64,000 nucleotides of DNA, from assembly GCA_965233585.1 (NCBI GenBank), contig CBDDTI010000747.1, forward strand, positions 832,001 through 896,000, given 5' to 3'. The notes beneath the pieces were generated by a model, which saw only the letters and a program-made list of their open reading frames with translations, was not told the origin of the DNA and made no database searches. This document shows positions 40,316 through 51,026 of this stretch, piece by piece. How positions within the stretch are numbered: position 1 is the first letter of the stretch; every line of letters starts with the position of its first letter. This stretch comes from a bacterium (lineage in GTDB: Bacteria > SAR324 > NAC60-12). The position numbers and the translations under genes are program-made.

Positions 40316-40660
40316 TTGAAGACAAATTTTTTAGTCGTCCTGACTGTTGCTTTCCTTTCTGCTTGTCTTTCCCAAACTATTAAGCCAGACCCTAATTCTG
40401 AACAAGTCAAATTTTTTGAAAATCCTAAATATTACACACAATGTCAGTTTATGGAAGAGATGAAGTCAATAGGATTAGCAGGGTCTCAAAATAGCTATGA
40501 ACAAGCCTTGATTAAAATCAAAAATCAAGCGATTCAAGCAGGGGGCAATTATATTCATCTGAAGCAAATCAAAACAGACAATTTGACAACAGCCATGCAA
40601 GGAGACCTTTATCTATGCCCTAATGAGTTCATACCAGAAGCAAAAGACATAGTACAATGA
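40316..40660 (+). CDS. Small lipoprotein (DUF4156-like)
   Basis: Lipobox LSAC, IKNQAIQAGGNYI, terminal YLCP. Confidence 0.65.
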   Translation: MKTNFLVVLTVAFLSACLSQTIKPDPNSEQVKFFENPKYYTQCQFMEEMKSIGLAGSQNSYEQALIKIKNQAIQAGGNYIHLKQIKTDNLTTAMQGDLYLCPNEFIPEAKDIVQ

Positions 40661-41316
40661 CAACTCTCTGGGCTTTGAAAGTTTATCAGAAACTTTATCA
40701 ACATTACCAAGCACAGGGTTGGTGGCCTCTTTTACAAACTGGATATACTCCCCAGTGTTATCATTCACAGCTGACTTGTTCAGAGCAATATGAGATTTAT
40801 TTGGGGGCAATTCTCACGCAGAACACAACATGGAGACAGGCACAACAGGCATTGATGAATCTACAACGGCTTTGTGGTTCTCTTGACCCCCGTTTGTTTT
40901 TGAAAGCATCTTCAGAGTCTATCAAAAAAGCAATCACTCCTGCACGTTATCCTAATCAAAAATTTGTCTATTTGACAGAATCTTCTCGCTTTTTCATTGA
41001 TTTGAAACAACTCACTCCAAAAAGAGCAGAATTGTTAACAGTCAAAGGAATTGGTCAAGAAACTGCTGACTGTATTTTGCTGTATGCTTACCAGCAACCA
41101 GAATTTGTTGTTGATGCTTATACCTTCCGTATTTTTTCAAACTTTGGTCAAATCACAAAAAATCACTATGCCACTTTGAAGCAAAAAATCATGCAACAAA
41201 TTCCCCAAGACTGGAAGGTTTACCAAGAATTTCATGCTTTGTTAGTCAAACATGGGGGACTCTATTATCAAAAAAAGCCTTATGGCATCAATGATTGTTT
41301 GCTTAATGATTTATAA
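40657..41316 (+). CDS. Endonuclease III domain (HhH-GPD) protein
   Basis: QGWWP, GAILTQNTTW, KGIGQETAD, FVVDAYT, EFHALLV. Confidence 0.88.
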   Translation: MTTLWALKVYQKLYQHYQAQGWWPLLQTGYTPQCYHSQLTCSEQYEIYLGAILTQNTTWRQAQQALMNLQRLCGSLDPRLFLKASSESIKKAITPARYPNQKFVYLTESSRFFIDLKQLTPKRAELLTVKGIGQETADCILLYAYQQPEFVVDAYTFRIFSNFGQITKNHYATLKQKIMQQIPQDWKVYQEFHALLVKHGGLYYQKKPYGINDCLLNDL

Positions 41317-41403
41317 ATCAAGTCATGTTATAATCGTTGGTTTTGTGTTGACTCCCCAATCACTATCCCTATTGACCCATTTGTTGTAGATCCATAAGAC
41401 ACC

Positions 41404-42801
41404 ATGCAACCAATCTTAATTGTTGATGACGAAGTTGAAATGCGTATTGCAATGTCAGAGACCCTGAAACATTGTGGCTATCAGGTAGAATTGTCTCATA
41501 ATGCACTTGATGCCTTGAAAAAGATTAAAGACAAAGACTACTCTTTGGTGATTACTGACATGACGATGCCTAAACGCAGTGGTTTGGAACTTTTGAAAGA
41601 CATTAAGCAACATGCTCCTTCAAAGGCTGTGATTATGGTAACGGCTTACGGCTCTATTGAAACGGCAGTAGAAGCGATGAAATATGGTGCATTTGATTAC
41701 ATTGTCAAACCTTTCAATTTTGAGACATTTACCTTTGTTGTGGAACGGGCTTTGTCTTTCAAAGAATCTGTTCCCATCACTCAAAATTTTTCAACACAAA
41801 CCAAAAAGTCAGATCAATCCACCCCCCATTTGTCACGTGAAATTATCACTCAAAACAAAGAGATGCTTCATTTGCTGGAGATGGCAAAAAATATTGCAAA
41901 TAGTAAAGCCACTGTTTTAATTCAAAGTGAAAGTGGCACAGGCAAAGAGATGATTTCTCGTTATTTACACGAACATTCCAACAGAGCAGTTCGTCCATTT
42001 GTTGCGGTGAATTGTGCCGCATTGCCTGATTCACTGCTAGAAAGTGAACTTTTTGGCTACAAAAAGGGGGCATTTACTGGTGCGACTCAGGACAGACAAG
42101 GAAAATTTGAACAAGCGAATGGAGGAACGATTTTGCTTGATGAGATTAGCGAGATGGACATTACTCTTCAGGCAAAGTTGCTCCGTATCTTACAGGAACA
42201 AGAGGTAGATAAAATTGGAGGGAAGGCACCTATTCCTATTGATGTTCGTGTCATCGCCACAACCAACAGAAACATGATGGAACGTATTCAAGAGGGAAAA
42301 TTTAGAGAAGATTTGTATTTTAGGCTCAATGTCATTCCTCTCCATCTTCCTCCTTTGAGAGACCGAAAAGACGACATTCCTCTCCTTGCTGAATATTTCC
42401 TGAAAAAACATGCAGAACGTAACACGAGGAAAACCCCAAGAATTTCACAGCAGACTTTAGAAGTACTTCGGAGCTACAACTGGCGTGGCAACGTCCGTGA
42501 GCTAGAAAATGTCATGGAACGTGCTATCTTGCTATGCAACGAATCACAAGTGCAACCCAAACATTTATTGATGCACTTTTCAAGCGAGCCTGAACCTTCT
42601 GAAAATGTTCAGCAAGATGAAGACACCAGTTTAAAAGCTGGAATGTCTATCAGAGAAGTAGAAAAGAAGCTGATTTTTGATACGTTGAAAGAAACCAACG
42701 GCAATCGCACCAAAGCATCAGAAATGCTTGGGATTAGCATCAGAACATTGAGAAATAAGCTCAATGAGTATCGCATTGATGACCAAGAAATAGAGCCTTA
42801 A
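41404..42801 (+). CDS. Sigma-54-dependent response regulator (FleR/FlgR-like)
   Basis: Receiver domain, ESGTGKE, GAFTGA, RGNVRELEN, Fis HTH LGISIRTLRNKL. Confidence 0.92.
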   Translation: MQPILIVDDEVEMRIAMSETLKHCGYQVELSHNALDALKKIKDKDYSLVITDMTMPKRSGLELLKDIKQHAPSKAVIMVTAYGSIETAVEAMKYGAFDYIVKPFNFETFTFVVERALSFKESVPITQNFSTQTKKSDQSTPHLSREIITQNKEMLHLLEMAKNIANSKATVLIQSESGTGKEMISRYLHEHSNRAVRPFVAVNCAALPDSLLESELFGYKKGAFTGATQDRQGKFEQANGGTILLDEISEMDITLQAKLLRILQEQEVDKIGGKAPIPIDVRVIATTNRNMMERIQEGKFREDLYFRLNVIPLHLPPLRDRKDDIPLLAEYFLKKHAERNTRKTPRISQQTLEVLRSYNWRGNVRELENVMERAILLCNESQVQPKHLLMHFSSEPEPSENVQQDEDTSLKAGMSIREVEKKLIFDTLKETNGNRTKASEMLGISIRTLRNKLNEYRIDDQEIEP

Positions 42802-42822
42802 CACTCCCTCCCTTCACTGAGT

Positions 42823-44337
42823 CTATCCTAAACAAGACTCTATTAAATCCAAATCTAATTCAGGATACAGCGGGTATTGGTCTAGCAGATGATGAATGAT
42901 GGCTTGCTGTTCTTGTTGTGCCTTCGGCTCAAAATGATATTGATTTTTGCTTAAATTGCCTGCATTTTTTCCTTTGGAAATCTTTTCAGGTTTCACGGCT
43001 GCAAGAGAGTTTGTGATGACTCTTGCAATGGTTTTCATATCATCTTCTTTCATTCCTCGTGTGGTTGCCGCAGATGTTCCAACACGAATCCCACTAGTGT
43101 ACCAAGGTCCATTTGGGTCATTGGGCAAAGCATTACGGTTCATGGTTAAACCAGACTCTCTCAATGCTGTTTCTGCTTGACGACCAGTGAGACCAAATGC
43201 CTGCGATACATCAGCCAGCAACAAATGATTTTCTGTTCCACCTGTTAACACTGGTACGTTAAGGCTCATCAATTCTTCTGCCAAAGCAGAAGCATTTTTG
43301 ATGATGTTTGCTGCATAAGTCTGAAATTCTGGAGTCAATGCCTCTTGAAAGGCAACTGCTTTGGCTGCCATCACATGAGAAAGTGGTCCCCCCAAAACAG
43401 CAGGGCAACCTTTATCTACCAATTCTGCAAATTCTTTTTTGCAAAGCACCAAGCCACCGCGTGGACCTCTTAAAGTTTTGTGAGTGGTTGTAGTGACGAT
43501 ATGAGCATGAGCAACTGGGTCATAATCACCCGAAAACGCTTTACCTGCCACTAATCCAGCAAAGTGAGCCATATCCACCATGAGAATTGCACCAACCTCC
43601 TCTGCAATTTCACGCATTTTAGCAAAATTCACTTTGCGAGAGTAGGCGCTGTATCCTCCTATCAAAATGGTTGGCTTGATTTCGTGTGCCTGCTTTCTCA
43701 AAGCATCAAGATTGAGCAGATGCGTCTCGGGGTCAACAGAATAGCTGTAACTGTCAAAAAGATAACCTGAAATATTGAAGCGGTAGCCATGTGTTAGGTG
43801 ACCTCCTGAATAATAATCAAGTCCCAACAATTTTTGTTTTTGAAAGGCTGTTCTCACCTCATTCCATTGTGATTGATTTAAATTCATAGGGTTAGGCTCA
43901 CCCATTTTTTCCAATAAGGGTGTTTGAATTTTTGCATTCAAAATCGCCATAAATGCAACGAGATTGGCATCTGCCCCAGAATGAGGTTGAACGTAAGCAT
44001 GCTCTGCTCCAAAAAGTTGGCATGCTAACTGACTTGCAACAGATTCAACCGTATCCACATGATGACAACCTGCATAAAATCGTTTTCCCACAACGCCTTC
44101 TGCATATTTGTCAGTCAGTAAATTTGCATGAGCTTGTTGGACAGCGAGCGAGCAATAATTCTCACTAGCAATCAATTTGAGGTATTTCCGTTGGTCTCTC
44201 AACTCACTGACAATGGCACGGGCAACATCAGGAACAACCGAGATGACTTGGTCTAGCGAAGCATAAAATGCTACTGCAGCTTGAGACAAATGATCTTGAG
44301 TGCAAGAATCTAAATAACGTTTTAAAATTGAAGACAT
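42823..44337 (-). CDS. glyA: Serine hydroxymethyltransferase (long form)
   Basis: LIASEN, DKYAEG, QPHSG, GGHLTHG, TTTTHKTLRGPRGG. Confidence 0.96.
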   Translation of the reverse strand: MSSILKRYLDSCTQDHLSQAAVAFYASLDQVISVVPDVARAIVSELRDQRKYLKLIASENYCSLAVQQAHANLLTDKYAEGVVGKRFYAGCHHVDTVESVASQLACQLFGAEHAYVQPHSGADANLVAFMAILNAKIQTPLLEKMGEPNPMNLNQSQWNEVRTAFQKQKLLGLDYYSGGHLTHGYRFNISGYLFDSYSYSVDPETHLLNLDALRKQAHEIKPTILIGGYSAYSRKVNFAKMREIAEEVGAILMVDMAHFAGLVAGKAFSGDYDPVAHAHIVTTTTHKTLRGPRGGLVLCKKEFAELVDKGCPAVLGGPLSHVMAAKAVAFQEALTPEFQTYAANIIKNASALAEELMSLNVPVLTGGTENHLLLADVSQAFGLTGRQAETALRESGLTMNRNALPNDPNGPWYTSGIRVGTSAATTRGMKEDDMKTIARVITNSLAAVKPEKISKGKNAGNLSKNQYHFEPKAQQEQQAIIHHLLDQYPLYPELDLDLIESCLG

Positions 44338-44542
44338 AAGGATTTTTAATGAATAGATATTGAATTTTCACGCTATCCCGCAACCACAGCAGGATACATC
44401 ATAAACTCCCCAAATACACGGTTAAGTGCTAATATTATCTATACATCTTTTTGAAAGTCAATATATTTTCTCATCAATTTTTCAACCGCTTGGATTGAAT
44501 CAGTCATTTTAAGATTCAAAGTCTCACCCAATTTTCAATATT

Positions 44543-46696
44543 ATGAAGCAAATTTTACAAACTTTTAAAAATGGTCGTGTTTTTTTAGAAGAAGTTCCCC
44601 CCCCAACCTTACGTGCTGAAGGCGTTTTAGTGCAATCTGTGGCGTCAGTAATCAGTGCAGGAACAGAAAAGATGCTTTTGGAGTTAGGGCAAAAAAATAT
44701 GTTAGGCAAAGCCAAAGCACGTCCTGACCTTGTCAAAAAAGTGATTCAGAAAGCACGCAAAGAAGGTCTTCTGGCAACGTGGCAAAACATTTCTTCCAAA
44801 TTAGAAAAACCCGTGCCTCTCGGTTACAGTGCATCAGGCATTGTGAAAGAAGTGGGTCAGAAGGTCACAGAGTTTTCCATAGGAGACAGGGTAGCCATTG
44901 CAGGTGCAGGATATGCGAACCATGCACAATGGAACTACGTCCCAAAAAATCTTGTGGCTAAGATTCCTGATTCGGTTTCATTTGAGTCTGCAGCGTACGC
45001 GACAATTTGCAGTATCGCTTTGCAAGGGATTCGTCTTGCCAATCCGCAATTAGGAGAAAAGACCTGTGTCATTGGTTTGGGACTGATTGGGCTAATCACA
45101 GTACAATTACTTAAAGCCAATGGTTGTCATGTGATTGGTTTTGACCTACTCAAAGAACGTAGGGACGTCGCTTTAAAAGTTGGTGCTGACCAAGTTGGGA
45201 GTTTAGAGTTTGCTGAAGAATTGACACAACATTGGAGTCATGGCAAGGGTGCAGACCATACTTTCATCACTGCCAGCACACCAAGTCAGCAACCTATTGA
45301 ATTAGCAGGTCTCCTGACAAGACAATGTGGGAATGTGATTGTAGTTGGGTTGGTAGGAATGAATATTCCTAGAAATGACTATTACAAAAAGGAGCTTTCT
45401 GTCAAAGTGTCAATGTCTTACGGACCGGGTCGTTACGACCCACTGTATGAAGAAAGTGGGATTGATTATCCGTATCACTATGTTCGTTGGACAGAACAGA
45501 GGAATTTGGAGGCAGTTTTAGGATTAATGGAGTCAGGTTTGCTTGATGTCAAATCTTTGACTTCTCATCGTTTTGAATTTGACTCGGCTCTTGAGGCTTA
45601 TCAACTTTTACAAAAAGGCACGCATTCACTGGGTATGGTTTTGGAGTATAATCAAGAGTCAAGCTATCAAAGCCGACTGACTCTTTCAGAACCTCAAACT
45701 AGTTTACCCCTTGAAACTTTGCATATTGGTTTTGTTGGTGCAGGGAATTATGCCTGCGCCCATCTGTTACCCCATTTACAAAAGAGAACTGACGTACGTC
45801 TAGTTGGAATTGCTGGAGCAGGTGGTGCCAGCTCTAAAAGTCAAGGTCAAAGATTTGGCTTTCAATACTGCACCTCTAACTTTGAAGATCTGACATCTGA
45901 CCCCCAAATTCAAAGCATTTGGATCGCAACAAGGCATCGCTCACATGCTGATTTAGTGATCCGAGCGTTGCAAGCAGGTAAACATGTTTTTGTAGAAAAA
46001 CCACTTTGTCTGTCAATGGAAGAGTTAGAAGACATTTCTGCTGCATATACAGAAGCTAATTTACACAAGCCAACATTAGTGGCTGTTGGGCATAATCGCC
46101 GCTTTTCAAAGATGATGAATCAGGTTAAAGATTTTTTCCCAGCAGTTCCCAAACAAGTTATTTATCGCATCAATGGTGGAACACTGCCAATGGATTCATG
46201 GATACGTTTGCCTGAGGAAGGGGGTGGAATGCTTTTAGGAGAGATGTGTCATTTTTTTGATTCTTTATTGTTTCTTACACAAGAAACTCCTGTCTCTCTG
46301 GTGGCTCAATCTTTGGTGTCAAAGCATGCAGAAACGATTGATCAGGACAATGTCAGCATTAGCATTAGCTTCAGTCAAGGATCCTTGGCAACAATCTGTT
46401 ATTCCACAACGGGGGATGCCAGTTTTTCTAAAGAGAGGATAGAAGTTTTTGGTGCAGGAAGAATTGCAGTGCTAGATGATTTCAAAAAGCTGCAGCTGAT
46501 TGAAAAGAACAAGAGGAAAAAGACGAAATCCCATACTCAAAACAAAGGACAGAGCCAACAAATTGCTGCTGCTGTTTCTGCGTTTCAAGGTCAAATTGAA
46601 AACCCGTTCTCATTTGAGATTGGGGCATCTGTGATGAAACTAGTTTTTGCCACGCAAAAATCCTTGCAGACAAGAAATGTTATTGACTTAAGATGA
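44543..46696 (+). CDS. Bi-domain oxidoreductase (Zn-ADH-like plus Gfo/Idh/MocA)
   Basis: ISAGTE, SYGPGRYD, VRWTEQRN, GKHVFVEKP, GHNRRF, GEMCHF. Confidence 0.88.
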   Translation: MKQILQTFKNGRVFLEEVPPPTLRAEGVLVQSVASVISAGTEKMLLELGQKNMLGKAKARPDLVKKVIQKARKEGLLATWQNISSKLEKPVPLGYSASGIVKEVGQKVTEFSIGDRVAIAGAGYANHAQWNYVPKNLVAKIPDSVSFESAAYATICSIALQGIRLANPQLGEKTCVIGLGLIGLITVQLLKANGCHVIGFDLLKERRDVALKVGADQVGSLEFAEELTQHWSHGKGADHTFITASTPSQQPIELAGLLTRQCGNVIVVGLVGMNIPRNDYYKKELSVKVSMSYGPGRYDPLYEESGIDYPYHYVRWTEQRNLEAVLGLMESGLLDVKSLTSHRFEFDSALEAYQLLQKGTHSLGMVLEYNQESSYQSRLTLSEPQTSLPLETLHIGFVGAGNYACAHLLPHLQKRTDVRLVGIAGAGGASSKSQGQRFGFQYCTSNFEDLTSDPQIQSIWIATRHRSHADLVIRALQAGKHVFVEKPLCLSMEELEDISAAYTEANLHKPTLVAVGHNRRFSKMMNQVKDFFPAVPKQVIYRINGGTLPMDSWIRLPEEGGGMLLGEMCHFFDSLLFLTQETPVSLVAQSLVSKHAETIDQDNVSISISFSQGSLATICYSTTGDASFSKERIEVFGAGRIAVLDDFKKLQLIEKNKRKKTKSHTQNKGQSQQIAAAVSAFQGQIENPFSFEIGASVMKLVFATQKSLQTRNVIDLR

Positions 46697-46718
46697 AAGA
46701 CTGGGAGTGTCTTAAATC

Positions 46719-47069
46719 TTATAAAAACTCCAAATCAACTTCTTTCCAGAGTTTTTGGAGATTCTGCAAAGACTTTTTCTGCCAGTAAATGCTTTCAGAA
46801 CCAACACATTTGATTTTACGTGAGGGGTCAGCAACCTTACGAGCATATAAAACAAACTTAGAAATGGTATTAATCCCCGAACTGTTCAGAAACTCTAACC
46901 CTCTGACATCTAAAACTACTCCTTGATTTGACTCATCAAATGCTTTTTGAAGCAAATCAGAAATGTCTTGATAGGCTTGAGTATCTCTTAAACGTATAGA
47001 TCCTTCCATCTTGACTGTGTTTTCCTCCGCAATGTGGAAGACCTTATATCCTTCTCCTATAATTTCCAT
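46719..47069 (-). CDS. STAS-like anti-anti-sigma protein (slr1659/SiaC-like)
   Basis: LDVRGLEFLNSSGI phosphosite motif; WQKKSLQNLQKL. Confidence 0.75.
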   Translation of the reverse strand: MEIIGEGYKVFHIAEENTVKMEGSIRLRDTQAYQDISDLLQKAFDESNQGVVLDVRGLEFLNSSGINTISKFVLYARKVADPSRKIKCVGSESIYWQKKSLQNLQKLWKEVDLEFL

Positions 47070-47146
47070 AAACAACCTTTTACAAATAAACTTTCAAAGA
47101 ATTGACCAGTACTGCTTCTCAGCAATTTTTGAGCCAAGATTAAGAA

Positions 47147-47713
47147 TTAAAAATCCATTCTGACAGAAATTTCTGCTCTGGATAATTGTTCCCCTGCTTC
47201 GGTGAAGTTAAACCCCAGAGACACTCCGTAGTCTTGAATCATAGTCAGATAACCCATTCCAGAACCTTCCCCTGTTTCCAAGTTATGTTCCAAACGTTGG
47301 ACGTAGAGTTCATCAAGGTCTACCGTGAATAACTCTTGAGCGATGGCTTTAAAATGATCAGATGCTTGAGACGTTAACAAATTGTCCACCTTCAGCACAT
47401 ACTTCCCCGACTTATGGAAAAAGACTTTGATTGCTACATCAGACTCTGGCATGTCACAATACTTACCAATATTTTCAATCAACTCGTTTAAGATAAATGA
47501 GGCGACATTTTGAAAATCTTTCTGACTCATTTTCTGGTGAGAGAAATCAGAAGCATAGTATTTAGACCAAAAGTTTGCGGTCAATCCACAACGTTTCCAA
47601 TTCGTAGCAAGATGCTTCGCTTTGACATGAAAGACTGATACCCGAAACTCTTCTTTCAACAACTCTTCATCTAACCAATAATTTCCTATTTTTTCATTTT
47701 TTTCTGCTGACAT
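47147..47713 (-). CDS. HATPase-fold Ser/Thr kinase (slr1658/SiaB-like)
   Basis: NELIENIGKY N-box, GEGSGMG G-box. Confidence 0.7.
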   Translation of the reverse strand: MSAEKNEKIGNYWLDEELLKEEFRVSVFHVKAKHLATNWKRCGLTANFWSKYYASDFSHQKMSQKDFQNVASFILNELIENIGKYCDMPESDVAIKVFFHKSGKYVLKVDNLLTSQASDHFKAIAQELFTVDLDELYVQRLEHNLETGEGSGMGYLTMIQDYGVSLGFNFTEAGEQLSRAEISVRMDF

Positions 47714-47717
47714 GGCT

Positions 47718-50024
47718 TTATTTTCCTTGCTTGAAGATAACCAAAGTAATATCGTCATAGATTTCTGCCTCGCCAATATATGCCATCAAATCTTGTCTCA
47801 TTTTTTCTGACATTTCCTGAGATGGCAAACGATGGTATTTTTGAAGCAATTCTTGTAATCCTTCTATTCCAAATTCTTCTTCTTTGACATTGATGGCTTC
47901 TGTAATACCATCTGTATAGAGAACCATCACATCGTCTTTGTCTAAGTGGAACTGATGAGTCTTGGTAAATGACGAGATGTCTTTCTCCATGCCCACAAAC
48001 AACCCTAAATCAAAGGTTTCAATGTTTTCAATCTCTCCATTGGCACGGCAGACTAAAACGCTTTCATGCTGACCAACAACCGTATAGTCTCCATCTTGAT
48101 AATGGAGCAAAGCTAGGGTCATATTTTTGTCTTCGTTGATCCTCTGGATATTTTCATACAGAACTGTGTTGACACGGTTAATAAATTCTCTCATATCCAA
48201 ATCAGAATTACTCAAAGTTCGGATTGCAGTTTGTGCCATCAGCATTAATACACCAGAAGAAAGCCCATGACCTGTGACGTCTCCTATCCCTATCAACATT
48301 CCTCCCCTATCCAAATGCAAAATATCATAATAATCTCCCCCAACTTCGTCAGCAGGAGACATAAAACACGCAATGTCCACATCTTTAAATTGTGATATCT
48401 CCCAGTCGCTAGGAAGCACCATCATCTGAAGCTGTTTGGCTACGTCAAGCTCTGCTGACATTCTGCGATTCTCATCTTTCAAAGATTCGTTAAGTTCCTG
48501 GATTCTTTCATTAGCATCAGAAAGCTCTGCTGTACGTTCTGCGACTTTAGACTCTAAGTTTTCCGTGTAGTCCTTAATTTCTAAACTCATTGTGTTGAAC
48601 GCATCAGCAAGATCTTTAATTTCATCTTTGGAGGAGACAGCCACTGACACATTATAATCTTTTTTAGCGATTTGCCTTGCCGCCCTTGAAAGCACCAAAA
48701 TATCTGAAGAAATCCTGCCCGCTATCAACGAAGCAATTAGGATAGATACTAATGTAACGACAATTGCTACAGCAGAAGCTATGTAGACGTTGTTTTCTTT
48801 TTCAGAGTCAAGAACGGCTTGTGTTTCAAACAAGGAGCTTAAAATCTCATCTTTGGGAACGACGATGGTCAACTTCCAATTTGTCGGTTCATAACGGTTA
48901 TTGTTCATCACAAACAAATTGGTGTAAGCCATAATCTCATCACGTCCTGAATCTAACTGGAACTGAACGACTCCCGAACTCTGATTTAAAGTTGCTTCAT
49001 AAGCTTTTGTAAATCCTGAATCTTTTGAGGACATTAGGTTACCACGATAGTAAACCAAACTACCCAACTTGCTCTCTTTAATTTCAATTTTCAAATCCTT
49101 CAAACCTTTTTCCGACATGGCAATAATGCTTCCAGTACTATCAGACAAAATTGAGTAACCTGTCTCTGCAACAGATATTTTTAAAACATTTTTAATAATC
49201 TCTTTTAAAGAAACGTCTATCGCTGCGGCACCCGCAAATTCATTGTTTGCCTGATCCCAAAGAGGATAAAACATGGTCAGTATCTGCCCCTGACCTCCTG
49301 CATCTTCATAGGGATCCTGGAAAGTAACAGGTGTTTTTGACAATTCTAACACCGACTTTTGAAAGTCTTGATCTGTGTAAAATTTTTTCCAAGCATCAAT
49401 ATTCCCTGGAAACCAATCCTTCCAAAAAGATAACTTTTCACCTCCATCTACGATGGAAGATAAAACTTTTCCCCCGTTAATATTGGGATAATTCTTGCTG
49501 ATATGTCCGACTTCGTCAGCTACAAAGTAAGTCAGCTTATAGTTAGGACTAGACTTGTATATTGCAGGACTTACCATATTCAGTAGTGAAAAAACTTTGA
49601 CGTTAAAAAGACTTTCACTGTTGTCAACAAAAGGAGTGGGAATGAAGACGTCAAATTCAGCATCATCAGAGGTAATTAAAGCCCCTTTGAAAGGGTTTAA
49701 GGAGGTTTGAAAAAGTTCTATCTGATCCAAATTCAAGTTGTAAATTTGATCTTTGTTTTCAATGATTTTTGTTGCAACCTCCCCAAAAATGGTTAGATCA
49801 CTGAGGGATTTGAGTAAATCCAATTCTATTGCTTTAGACCTAGCATTAGTGTAGTTTTGCAAATAGTCTTCAGCTAGATCAACAAGAGCTTCTTCATGTT
49901 TTTGGAGAGCAAATGTAGTTGCATCTTCCAAAAGGAAATAATTATAAGTACCCATCGCAAGAGCAACCAAGGCAGCCACACTTGCAGCAAAAGACGTAAT
50001 ACGGTATCTGAATGATTTTTTCAT
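47718..50024 (-). CDS. Membrane sensor PP2C/SpoIIE phosphatase with Cache and HAMP domains (SiaA/IcfG-like)
   Basis: Two TM helices, PYEDAGG Cache motif, HAMP (DEIKDLADAFNTM), VGGDYYD, GDVTGHG, YTDGITE, DDITL. Confidence 0.9.
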   Translation of the reverse strand: MKKSFRYRITSFAASVAALVALAMGTYNYFLLEDATTFALQKHEEALVDLAEDYLQNYTNARSKAIELDLLKSLSDLTIFGEVATKIIENKDQIYNLNLDQIELFQTSLNPFKGALITSDDAEFDVFIPTPFVDNSESLFNVKVFSLLNMVSPAIYKSSPNYKLTYFVADEVGHISKNYPNINGGKVLSSIVDGGEKLSFWKDWFPGNIDAWKKFYTDQDFQKSVLELSKTPVTFQDPYEDAGGQGQILTMFYPLWDQANNEFAGAAAIDVSLKEIIKNVLKISVAETGYSILSDSTGSIIAMSEKGLKDLKIEIKESKLGSLVYYRGNLMSSKDSGFTKAYEATLNQSSGVVQFQLDSGRDEIMAYTNLFVMNNNRYEPTNWKLTIVVPKDEILSSLFETQAVLDSEKENNVYIASAVAIVVTLVSILIASLIAGRISSDILVLSRAARQIAKKDYNVSVAVSSKDEIKDLADAFNTMSLEIKDYTENLESKVAERTAELSDANERIQELNESLKDENRRMSAELDVAKQLQMMVLPSDWEISQFKDVDIACFMSPADEVGGDYYDILHLDRGGMLIGIGDVTGHGLSSGVLMLMAQTAIRTLSNSDLDMREFINRVNTVLYENIQRINEDKNMTLALLHYQDGDYTVVGQHESVLVCRANGEIENIETFDLGLFVGMEKDISSFTKTHQFHLDKDDVMVLYTDGITEAINVKEEEFGIEGLQELLQKYHRLPSQEMSEKMRQDLMAYIGEAEIYDDITLVIFKQGK

Positions 50025-50199
50025 AAGTTATCCTTTGTAAACTAAGTAAAACAGGGGATTATAGCACAATTTGGGCAGAATGAAACTTTTATTTTTTATC
50101 AAATCAGTTCATTACTTATGACTTTTTGGAGAATTGAAACAGCCCTACTTTGAGCATGACAAAAAATAAAATCTAGTAGGTTATGAGGCAGGGAATTTC

Positions 50200-50820
50200 T
50201 CAAAAAAAAGATTTGAAGAGAGGAAAGGCTTGCAACGCAAAAAGAGACACAAGCAGCCATTTAAGCCATTTTTGGTTGACTTTGATTTCTTGGAGATCAC
50301 TTTTAGTGGCAAAATTTTTTAGATCATCTTTAGTGGCAAAATTTTTTAGATCATCTTTAGTGGCGAAGTTCTTCAGGTCATCTTTAGTGGCGAAATTTTT
50401 CAGTTCATCTTTGATTTCTTTAAAATCGTCTTTAGTAGCGAAGTTTTTCTGTTCATCTCTGAGTTCCTTAAGGTCATCTTTGATTTCTTTAAAATCGTCT
50501 TTAGTAGCGAAGTTTTTCTGTTCATCTCTGAGTTCCTTAAGGTCATCTTTGATTTCTTTAAAATCATCTTTAGTGGCGAAGTTCTTCAGTTCATCTCTGA
50601 GTTCCTTAAAGTCATCTTTAATTTCTTTAAAATCATCTTTGATTTCTTGAAGGTCATCTCTAGTGGCTAGTTCACTTTTAAAGTCAACTTTGATGAGCTT
50701 GGTTTCTTTTTCTAAAATTTCACTAAAGAACTCGGTATGAGCCTCTGTTAAACCTTCTGCTTGCTGTTCTGTAAAACCACTGGAGACCAGTTTTTTATAA
50801 AATCCGTGAGGGGACTGCAT
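50200..50820 (-). CDS. DUF1640/Bdr-like coiled-coil tandem-repeat protein with C-terminal membrane anchor
   Basis: LVSSGFTEQQAE N-terminus, FATKDD repeats, LKWLLVSLFAL tail. Confidence 0.75.
   Translation of the reverse strand: MQSPHGFYKKLVSSGFTEQQAEGLTEAHTEFFSEILEKETKLIKVDFKSELATRDDLQEIKDDFKEIKDDFKELRDELKNFATKDDFKEIKDDLKELRDEQKNFATKDDFKEIKDDLKELRDEQKNFATKDDFKEIKDELKNFATKDDLKNFATKDDLKNFATKDDLKNFATKSDLQEIKVNQKWLKWLLVSLFALQAFPLFKSFF
50290..50668 (-). repeat. Nested 21/27/69-bp coding tandem repeats
   Basis: KNFATKDDL (27 bp) tandem copies; 69-bp unit KNFATKDDFKEIKDDLKELRDEQ repeated exactly. Confidence 0.9.
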
Positions 50821-51026
50821 CGCTCTCTAAATGGAAAAGTTTCAAAAACTCTGATTGTAACACAACCAAAGCAAAGTTGGTATTGTGCATTTTAAAACAG
50901 TTTTTGGTAGTCTTTAAAAGATATTCTTAAAGCCATACCTCACTTGCAGTGTCAAAAAATCAAGTAACAATTTGTGAATGTGTAAAGGGGTTTCTGACCA
51001 TCAAAAAAGAAACGTATTAAAAATCT

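Noticed and set aside
41379..41391. TTGTTGTAGAT resembling the 3' end of a Cas12a repeat
   Set aside because: Single copy with no upstream TTCTAC to form the stem
50290..50668. Repeats as a CRISPR array; antisense ORF 50183-50650
   Set aside because: Codon-phased repeats with synonymous variation on the minus strand; the antisense ORF is a shadow
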